NCBI GenBank assembly: GCA_034530875.2
Contig: JAVRCJ020000080.1
Location: 1-11,034, forward strand
Reading direction: 5' to 3'
From: Nostoc sp. DedSLP01
Lineage (GTDB): Bacteria; Cyanobacteriota; Cyanobacteriia; Cyanobacteriales; Nostocaceae
Length of the DNA: 11,034 nt
Made by a program: the position numbers and the translations under genes. Below, in pieces: positions 1 to 6,686 of the stretch; position 1 is the stretch's first letter, and each line of letters opens with the position of its first letter. The notes below the pieces were generated by a model. The model saw only the letters and a list, made by a program, of their open reading frames with translations. It made no database searches and had not been told where the DNA came from.

Positions 1-76
1 GAACTCAGAGGTGAAACGCTGCTGCGGCAACGATAGTTTAGGGGTTGCCCTACGCTAAAATAGCTCGATGCCAGGT
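1..76 (+). rRNA. rrf: 5S rRNA, 3' portion (5' end lies outside the window)
   Basis: GAACTCAGAGGTGAAACG...GCGGCAACGATAG...AAAATAGCTCGATGCCAGG matches the cyanobacterial 5S rRNA pattern as I recall it, from the (CC)GAAC loop through GTGAAA to the terminal GCCAGG helix I strand. A terminator hairpin follows. Confidence 0.93.
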
Positions 77-94
77 TTATTACTTCAACACAAT

Positions 95-127
95 AAGCCT
101 CCTCTCAGTTGATGAAAGGGGGCTTTT
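95..127 (+). terminator. Rho-independent terminator downstream of the 5S rRNA
   Basis: AAGCCTCCTCTCA-gttga-TGAAAGGGGGCTT forms an imperfect 13-bp stem ending in TTTT, about 20 nt after the 5S 3' end. Confidence 0.7.
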
Positions 128-190
128 GCAATTACTTTTTACATTTATATCTACCCGTAGCCTACTATACGAGAATTTTTCCCTTGATGA

Positions 191-406
191 ACTGCAAACC
201 TAACTTTAGCTGAAGTTGTGGCTGGAACCGTAGGCGTTTGGTTACCAAGAATAGGCATTTTCTTAAACAACTATCCGAAATTGAGTGCTTGGTGCGATCG
301 CTTCATAGTACGTCCCGCATGGCAAGCTACTGAGGCTACTCCAGAGGCAATTCAAGCCTTTGAGTCTGTTGTGAAGGCCAGAATGGGACGCCATAATCCA
401 AATTAG
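191..406 (+). pseudogene. Glutathione S-transferase C-terminal fragment (5'-truncated)
   Basis: Extending ORF 218..406 upstream to the TGA at 188-190 gives TANLTLAEVVAGTVGVWLPRIGIFLNNYPKLSAWCDRFIVRPAWQAT. This has the GST C-domain 'LTLA(D/E)V' N-cap motif and 'YPKLxAWxxR...RPAWQ'. There is no thioredoxin-like N-domain. Confidence 0.7.
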
Positions 407-408
407 AA

Positions 409-429
409 GCCGTTGCCTATAGGCACGGC
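409..429. terminator. Hairpin between convergent genes (possible terminator)
   Basis: GCCG-t-TGCCTATAGGCA-CGGC inverted repeat between the GST remnant stop (406) and the dnaJ stop (467). No clear adjacent U-tract. Confidence 0.35.
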
Positions 430-466
430 ATCAGCACTATAGGCAGACTTTATATAAAAATTTTTC

Positions 467-1465
467 TCACAGCTTGACTTGGGGCAAATGGCTGCGGGGA
501 TTATAGGTACGTATAGCCCGGATTTTTTCATAATATTCGCGCTCTTGTTGGCTGAGGTCTTTTGGTGGTGCGATCGCCACCTTCACCAACTGATCGCCCC
601 GTCCACCTTTGGCGATCGGCCAACCTTTACCACGTAAGCGCAAAGATTGACCAGAACGTACACCTGCTGGTAGCTTGACATTAACCATACCATCGGGTGT
701 CGGTACATCAATAGATGCTCCCAGTGTCGCTTCATCCGGGGTAATTGGAACTTCACAAACCAGATTATCGCCTTCAATTTGGAAGAACGAGTGCGGCTGA
801 AGTTCGACTTTCAAGTATAAATCCCCCCGTTGTTGAGTCATGGGGTTAATTTGACCTTTGCCCCGCACTCGCAACCGAGTACCAGTTTTAGCCCCAGCAG
901 GGATGCGAACATCAATTGTTTCATTGCCTAAACTGAAGCGCTTTTGCACGCCATGAAATGCTTCGCCAAAAGTCAGAGTAATGCCAGCTTCGCTATCCTG
1001 GGCAGTACCAGCACTGGGATCTTGAAACCCAAAATCGTTGAAGCCGCCACCAAAACCACCCGGGCTACCTGCCGAAGTGCGGTAAGAATAGGCTTGTCGC
1101 CCACCACGAGGGGTAGCGCCACCAAAGCGTCCTAGTAACTCATTAATAAACTCATCAAAATTGCCATATTGACTGAAGTCAAAGCCGCCCATATCCACAC
1201 CAGCACCGCCAGACGGGAACCCTTGACCGGCTTGTTTCCAATATTGACCGAATTGGTCGTATTTTTTGCGTTTATCTGGGTCTGAGACAACTTCATAGGC
1301 TTCGTTAATTTCTTTGAAGCGTGCCTCTGCCTGTTTGTTACCTGGATTAACATCAGGATGATATTTGCGGGCTAGTTTGCGAAAAGCTTGTTTAATTTCC
1401 TCTTGAGTGGCAGTTTTACTAACTCCCAAAATTGCGTAATAGTCTTTGAAGTCCGTTGCAGCCAT
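467..1465 (-). CDS. dnaJ: DnaJ-family co-chaperone, class B / CbpA-like (J domain, G/F region, C-terminal domain, no zinc finger)
   Basis: KDYYAILGV...RKYHPDVN J-domain with HPD motif, G/F-rich linker, and C-terminal [17 protein letters not shown] / GDLY / LRGKG motifs. No CxxCxGxG repeats. RBS AGGAGG at 1473-1478 on the minus strand. Confidence 0.93.
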   Translation of the reverse strand: MAATDFKDYYAILGVSKTATQEEIKQAFRKLARKYHPDVNPGNKQAEARFKEINEAYEVVSDPDKRKKYDQFGQYWKQAGQGFPSGGAGVDMGGFDFSQYGNFDEFINELLGRFGGATPRGGRQAYSYRTSAGSPGGFGGGFNDFGFQDPSAGTAQDSEAGITLTFGEAFHGVQKRFSLGNETIDVRIPAGAKTGTRLRVRGKGQINPMTQQRGDLYLKVELQPHSFFQIEGDNLVCEVPITPDEATLGASIDVPTPDGMVNVKLPAGVRSGQSLRLRGKGWPIAKGGRGDQLVKVAIAPPKDLSQQEREYYEKIRAIRTYNPRSHLPQVKL

Positions 1466-1939
1466 CTACCAGCCTCCTATAGAAATTCCCGTTATGTTTT
1501 TTAAGATAAGAGATATTTAGTTTGCCAGGTATAATGCCAACCAAATAGAATCTGATTTTAAATTAACAAAGAATATAGAAAATCAAGTGTGGTTCTTGCT
1601 CATCAGGCGATCGCAATTTCCGTACTTGGAAGAAAGGCGGGGGAAAGGGATGCAGGCAACAAACGTTGTAGGTAAAAGATGCGCGGATTTTTAGCTTTCA
1701 TTAGAGGTTAATTAAGCAATATTACTTACTACCTTCACAAGTTCCTCAGATTTATTGTCTAATTTTGAACTACAGAAGCAGATTCATTTACAAAAGGCTG
1801 AAGCAGACAAATGTTTTTAGCAATTAATGAACCTCAGTATTAAGTACACAAACAGCTAAATTAATAATCAAAATCGAGAGCGAATTACCAAGCTTTTAGA
1901 TGAATTGGATCGAATAATACCTGAAAGCTAATGTCTTTA

Positions 1940-4066
1940 TTATGTGCACTCAAAAAATTTTTGCACGATCGCTTCCGATAAATTAGTCAACAAATATTTT
2001 GCTGTGTCAGGCTTAGATAAAAACTTATTTGCACCAATGGCGATCGCCTTTTCCTCACGATCTGGTAAGCCACTCATGGCAATAATTTTCACATTGTGGT
2101 TCAAGGTTTGTATGGTGCGGATGGTTGTTAATCCATCCATATTCGGCATCAGTATATCTAGCAAGACAGCTTTGATTTGTGCCTTATATTGGGCATAAAG
2201 AGCGATCGCCTCTATGCCATCATTAGCTACAAGGATTTTGTAATTACCATCTTCTAAAGTTTTCTTGGTCGTTTCTCGGACTATTAATTCATCATCGACG
2301 ATTAAAATCAACTCGCCTTGGCCTTGAGGCAGTTCTGTTTCTGTTATTAATTCAGCGGATGGTCTTTCTACAATTGGCAAGAACACTTGAAATTGCGTTC
2401 CTTTACCGAGCTTAGTTGATACTTCTACAAAACCGCCGTGGTTCTTAACAATCCCTAAAACTGTTGATAGCCCAAGCCCCGTACCTTGACCGACTTTTTT
2501 AGTAGTAAAAAAGGGATCGAATATCCTCTCTAAAAATTCTGGAGGAATTCCCGTGCCTGTATCTGAGATGCTAATAACGATGTAGCGTCCTACCCGAGCC
2601 TCAAGATGCATTCGGGAGTAGGTTTCGTCAATTATGCAATTTTGGGCAGCGATCGCCAGCTTACCACCATTGGGCATAGCATCGCGGGCATTGACTAGCA
2701 AATTGACAATCGCCTGTTCGAGTTGGGTGGGATCGGCTTCTACCATCCATAGTGTGTTTGTGGGAATGTTATGAACGATTTCAATGGATTTAGGAAATGT
2801 CTGTTTGATGACTTTGATTAATTCTTTGAGTAAATGTCCGGGTTGTAATACTATGTGTTTACCTTCTGTACCACGCGCAAAGGTGAGAATTTGTTTAACT
2901 AAGTTCGCTCCCCGTTTAGCGCTGCCATTTAGAGCTTGAAATAATTCTTGAGTCTGCGGTTCGGCATTTTTGTATTTTGAAGACAGTAATTGGGCAATCA
3001 ATATAATGGTGCTAAAGACATTGTTCAGGTCATGAGCAATACCACTGGCTAAAGTTCCTATGCTCTCCAAGCGTTGAGCGCGGTAAAATTGTTGCTCTAA
3101 TTGTTTTTTCTCGGTAATGTCGGTGTTAACTATGAGAATCGATTGCGGCGTTCTCGATTCATCGCGTACCAGCGTCCAACGGCTAGCAACGATAATTTCT
3201 CTGCCAGTTTTAGTAGTTTGCTCTAACTCACCTTGCCAAGAACCTCCCTCGATAGTAGCTTTGAGAGCAGCTTCGAGTTGGGATAATGATTTTGTGTAGA
3301 ATAGTTCGTCGGTTTTTTTACCCGAACTTTCCTCTGCTGTCCAACCGTACAAGGTTTCGGCGCCTCGACTCCAGAAGAGGATGTGGTTTTCTAAATCGCG
3401 GATAAATATAGCATCAGTAGCAATATCAATTAAGGCAGCTTGTTCGCAGATTTTCTTCTGTGCTTGTTGGCGATCGCTAATATCCCGCATAATTGAGAGA
3501 TGAAGGTCGGGTATAAAATTCGCAACTGCTGCAAATTCAGTTTCTCGAACTGTGCCATCACGACGAAGCAAGCGAAACTCACCAAACATTTGTTTTTGTT
3601 CGCAAAACTGTCGCCAAACTTGGGCAATCTCAAATCCAGGCTCTGCAAAATGGGCAATTGTGGAACCTAAAAGTTCTTCCCTAGATAGGCCAAATAACTT
3701 ACAAACTGCGGGATTAACATCTATATAACGTCCCTGGTCATCTACAATGGTGATCGCCATTTGGTTGGCTAGTTGTTGCAACAAATCGCTTTCCCAAGGT
3801 AGCCATTCTCTGGGATTGCTGCACTGATGGACAATCAGCAATCCCCAAAGGCTATCTTGCTGGATAATCGGAACTATTAAGTTGGCTTGGACTTGGATTT
3901 GTGATAAAAACTCCACCATACAAGGCACAATGTCAGCACTATCTCGATCGGACATAGTATAAATTTGCCCTTGCAGAAATTGCTGGTAGGTTGCGGGCGG
4001 ACAAGTTTCTGCCGAGTAAACACAGTTGAGTAAAAAATTCCATGCTGGTGTCACGGCTTCAGCCAA
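1940..4066 (-). CDS. C-terminal segment of the hybrid kinase: partial GAF, two PAS domains, HisKA, HATPase_c, receiver
   Basis: H-box LASGIAHDLNN, N-box NLLVNARDAM, G1 DTGTGI, F-box IFDPFFTTK, G2 GTGLGL. Receiver has VDDE...LLDILMP...KP. The TTG start lies at a domain junction and has no obvious RBS, so independent expression is uncertain. Confidence 0.75.
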   Translation of the reverse strand: MAEAVTPAWNFLLNCVYSAETCPPATYQQFLQGQIYTMSDRDSADIVPCMVEFLSQIQVQANLIVPIIQQDSLWGLLIVHQCSNPREWLPWESDLLQQLANQMAITIVDDQGRYIDVNPAVCKLFGLSREELLGSTIAHFAEPGFEIAQVWRQFCEQKQMFGEFRLLRRDGTVRETEFAAVANFIPDLHLSIMRDISDRQQAQKKICEQAALIDIATDAIFIRDLENHILFWSRGAETLYGWTAEESSGKKTDELFYTKSLSQLEAALKATIEGGSWQGELEQTTKTGREIIVASRWTLVRDESRTPQSILIVNTDITEKKQLEQQFYRAQRLESIGTLASGIAHDLNNVFSTIILIAQLLSSKYKNAEPQTQELFQALNGSAKRGANLVKQILTFARGTEGKHIVLQPGHLLKELIKVIKQTFPKSIEIVHNIPTNTLWMVEADPTQLEQAIVNLLVNARDAMPNGGKLAIAAQNCIIDETYSRMHLEARVGRYIVISISDTGTGIPPEFLERIFDPFFTTKKVGQGTGLGLSTVLGIVKNHGGFVEVSTKLGKGTQFQVFLPIVERPSAELITETELPQGQGELILIVDDELIVRETTKKTLEDGNYKILVANDGIEAIALYAQYKAQIKAVLLDILMPNMDGLTTIRTIQTLNHNVKIIAMSGLPDREEKAIAIGANKFLSKPDTAKYLLTNLSEAIVQKFFECT

Positions 4067-5004
4067 CGGGGACTAAAATAAAATTCACCAGTTGTCATAT
4101 TCCAGTCCCAAAGCCCATCGCCTGCTGCTTCTAGGGCAAGTTGTAATCGTTCTTCACTTTGCCGCAAGATAGCTTCGGCACGTTTGCGTTCGGTAACTTC
4201 AAAGACAACAGATCCAATTGCTGCCACACTCCCATCTCGTGCAAAGGTAGGAAAATAATTTATTTGCCAATGTCGTTGAACGCCCGGTTGCCTAGTAGTT
4301 TCTCCTTGTAGTTCTAGATTTAAAATTGGTTCGCCAGTAGCAATTACGCGATCGAAAAGAGTATTAATAGCTGATGCCAGCGCAGGTGGTAGAATATCAT
4401 CTACGGTTTTACCCAAGTGGTCGGCAAGAGGTAATCCATTAATGTCAGCTAGACCTTGGTTGAGTTTTAAAAAACGCTTCTGGCGATCTTGAATACTCAT
4501 ACCAATACCTGCGATCGCAGCGGCATTAAAAAAGTCATTCAGCAGCTTTTCTTTAGCCGCTAGTTCTGCCGTCCGTGCTGCTACGCGTTGTTCTAAATCT
4601 GCTTTGGCTTGTTGTACCTGCTCGAATAGAGTATATTGCTGAATTGCAATTCCTACTTGCGTTGCCAACAGCCGTAATAAATCAATTTCTATTGTTTTCC
4701 ACTGTCGGGGAGCTTGGCAATGATGAGCTATTAATAATCCCCATAAATTATCTCCTTGCACAATCGGAACAACAAGATTTGCTCTCACCTGAAATTTTGC
4801 TAATAATTCCAGATGACAAGTACCAATTGGGGCAGTATAAATATCTGATTTGGCTGTAACTAGACCTTGCTTATAAGATTCAATATAGCTTTCTACAAAG
4901 CAAGGATCGTAAATTTGACTTGATAGTATTGCCTTCCAACCTTCACCAACCGATTCTACAACTACAGTACCAGTCCAGGTGCGATCGAATTGAAAAACGA
5001 TCGC
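4051..5004 (-). pseudogene. Middle segment of the kinase: DXCF cyanobacteriochrome GAF, PAS, and start of a further PAS
   Basis: Manual translation of 5004 to 4789 gives AIVFQFDRTWTGTVVVESVGEGWKAILSSQIYDPCFVESYIESYKQGLVTAKSDIYTAPIGTCHLELLAKFQ, continuing into ORF 4051..4788 (VRANLVVPIVQGDNLWGLLIAHHC). Confidence 0.8.
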
Positions 5005-5334
5005 TCAATCTGTTTGCAATAAGTGCCGCACTTCTTCTACTGTTGTTTGCAAAATTTCTGGCAAATTAAGTGATTCGCGAACGTGTTGGGAAATTTCCAT
5101 GACTAGGCGTTGTTGCTCTAGTTGCTTTTGATAACAAGCCACCCGATTCATAGAATCAATATCAAAATCTATAATTTTCCCAGAATCATCCCGGACATTT
5201 TTGCAGATATCAAAACAATCTAGAAAATTATTTATTGATTTGTAGAAATTTTTTTTGCTGCTTTCTAACTCTTTTTTTAGTTGAGTCTTTTCACAAATAT
5301 AGTTAACAGCAACTCGCAAACTATCAAGGGTAAT

Positions 5335-5673
5335 TTAATTTTTAACTAGATATTCTGCTGCACCACTTTTCATCGCAGCTATAGCTACTTCTTCATCTCT
5401 TTGACCAACTAATACGATAATTGGTAAATAACTCCTATTAAAACTGGAACGTAACTGCTTAAGAACTTCTAGCCCATCTACATTTTGTAGTACAATATCG
5501 AGCAAAACTACATCGGGTAATTCTTCAGCGCAAACTCGCAGCGCTTCTTCGCCATTTCCTGCGTGCAAAATATTATAAGTATAATTTTTATCGCACCGTA
5601 AGTAGTACTCATAAATTTCCCTATCTTCTGAACAATCATCGATAATGAAAACTGTTCGTTGATTTTTGGACAT
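5335..5673 (-). pseudogene. N-terminal receiver domain segment of the kinase, ending at a premature TAA
   Basis: IIDD...PDVVLLD...DGLEVL...AMKSGAAEYLVK is a REC signature. The stop falls right after the conserved Lys, and the expected helix 5 (ITLDSLRVAV) follows in frame. Confidence 0.75.
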
Positions 5674-5716
5674 AACTACCTCTTTATTGTATCTAGCAAA
5701 ATGTTTGCTGCATAAG

Positions 5717-5811
5717 GAGTAACAGCGAAACCCAACATTCCCATAGACATTGGGTTTCGCGTTGCTCAACCCAACCTACTAATGCACTATTTTAGCTGTG
5801 TCAATCCCCTA
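5717..5811. repeat. REP/MITE-like palindromic dispersed repeat (GTAG-type)
   Basis: GCGAAACCCAA (5725-5735) and TTGGGTTTCGC (5750-5760) form a perfect inverted repeat with outer GAGTAAC/GTTGCTC pairing, followed by CAACCCAACCTAC. The minus strand reads GTAGGTTGGGTTGAGC...GCGAAACCCAA, a motif I recognise as a recurrent cyanobacterial intergenic repeat. Boundaries are approximate. Confidence 0.6.
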
Positions 5812-5902
5812 CAGATACTTAAATTTTTTCAGAAATCAAATCAGACTCGTATAGTAGCTTGAAGTTATTCTTAATTTAGAAAGCTGCCACGCACAGAGAA
5901 AG

Positions 5903-6493
5903 ATGAGTATCATTATTTGCCCTGGAATTCACGATCCAGCGTTGACGCAATCTTTTATATCGGGATGGTTAGATAGTTCTAGTGGCTCAATTGGCGAAAA
6001 TCAAAGTAAGGTACTGATTTTTCCAGGGAAAGATTTTTTGAGTTTATCAGCTTTGCACATTTTGGAGTTTTTGCGCGTTAGCGTAGCTCACCGCAGGTAT
6101 CGCCTCAACAACTCTCTAGAATCGCCACTGATATTTATTAGCTTTAGCGCTGGCGTTGTCGGAGCGATCGGGGCAGCGCACTTGTGGCAAGGCTTGGGTG
6201 GTCGCGTGAAAGCGTTTATTGCTATAGATGGATGGGGGGTGCCATTACAGGGGAATTTCCCAATTCATCGGATGAGTCATGATTATTTTACTCATTGGAG
6301 TTCTAGTTTGCTTGGTAGTGGGCAAAATAACTTTTATGCAGAACCAGCAGTCGATCATTTGTCAATTTGGCGATCGCCTGAAACTGTACAAGGTTGGTGG
6401 GTAGATTCATCCATCGGAATTTCTCCCTCCAAAGGCTATCTGAGTGCAGCTGAATTTTTGCGTATGCTGTTAGAACACTATGAAGCAAATTAA
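5903..6493 (+). CDS. Conserved cyanobacterial hypothetical protein, alpha/beta-hydrolase-like
   Basis: 196-aa ORF with IIICPGIH, a nucleophile-elbow-like FISFSAGVVGA, AFIAIDGWG and VDHL. The fold assignment is inference. Confidence 0.75.
   Translation: MSIIICPGIHDPALTQSFISGWLDSSSGSIGENQSKVLIFPGKDFLSLSALHILEFLRVSVAHRRYRLNNSLESPLIFISFSAGVVGAIGAAHLWQGLGGRVKAFIAIDGWGVPLQGNFPIHRMSHDYFTHWSSSLLGSGQNNFYAEPAVDHLSIWRSPETVQGWWVDSSIGISPSKGYLSAAEFLRMLLEHYEAN
6078..6098. mobile_element. 21-nt SDR5-like insertion within a HIP1 site
   Basis: GCG (6075-6077) [TTAGCGTAGCTCACCGCAGGT] ATCGC (6099-6103). Removing exactly 21 nt restores GCGATCGC and the reading FLRDRL. Confidence 0.75.
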
Positions 6494-6530
6494 TCCGGAC
6501 AACGGAGTAAGTAAGCGAGAAATAAGAGAT

Positions 6531-6651
6531 GGGGGAGTGTAGGGGGATGGGGAAGTGTGGGAAGTGTGGGGAGAAATAGAATTGAATTTATGCTTCCCCC
6601 TCTTTCCCTTCCTCTCACACCTCCCACACCTCCCACACCTCCCACACTTCC
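6531..6651. repeat. Short tandem 9-mer repeats arranged as an inverted pair
   Basis: GGGRAGTGT-like units at 6531-6573 and ACACCTCCC x3 plus ACACTTCC at 6617-6651 are approximately reverse-complementary. The region is intergenic. Confidence 0.75.
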
Positions 6652-6686
6652 TGTTTGCCCCATACCCCATCTACCCAAAGTAACTG

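Larger units (their letters stand above)
1940..5673 (-). pseudogene. Disrupted multi-sensor hybrid histidine kinase with cyanobacteriochrome GAF domains
   Basis: ORFs 5335..5769, 5005..5319 and 4051..4788 share one frame, separated only by TAA (5335-5337; EYLVKN*ITLDSLR) and TGA (5005-5007; LLQTD*AIVFQF). A frame change at about 4051-4066 leads into ORF 1940..4066. Likely true start is ATG 5673 (MSKNQRTVFIIDD) with RBS GAGGT just upstream. Confidence 0.85.

Noticed and set aside
1..127. TnpB omega-RNA or novel ncRNA at the left edge
   Set aside because: The sequence is fully explained by the 5S rRNA 3' half and its terminator.
1466..1939. Heat-shock regulatory site upstream of dnaJ (CIRCE, or a GTNCGG-type box at 1620-1625)
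   Set aside because: No TTAGCACTC-N9-GAGTGCTAA is present. A single GTACGG hexamer on the minus strand is not distinguishable from chance.
5005..5337. Programmed stop-codon readthrough or selenocysteine recoding in the kinase
   Set aside because: There are two different stop types (TAA and TGA), the TGA is at an Arg rather than Cys position, and additional deletions and a frameshift are present. Pseudogenisation is simpler.
5674..5769. N-terminal extension of ORF 5335..5769 (MSNAKPNVYGNVGFR...)
   Set aside because: It is a translation of the palindromic repeat. ATG 5673 has an RBS and begins the REC domain.
6531..6651. Possible CRISPR array (also considered 10004-10097)
   Set aside because: Units are 7-9 nt, tandem and without unique spacers. 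No cas genes are present.
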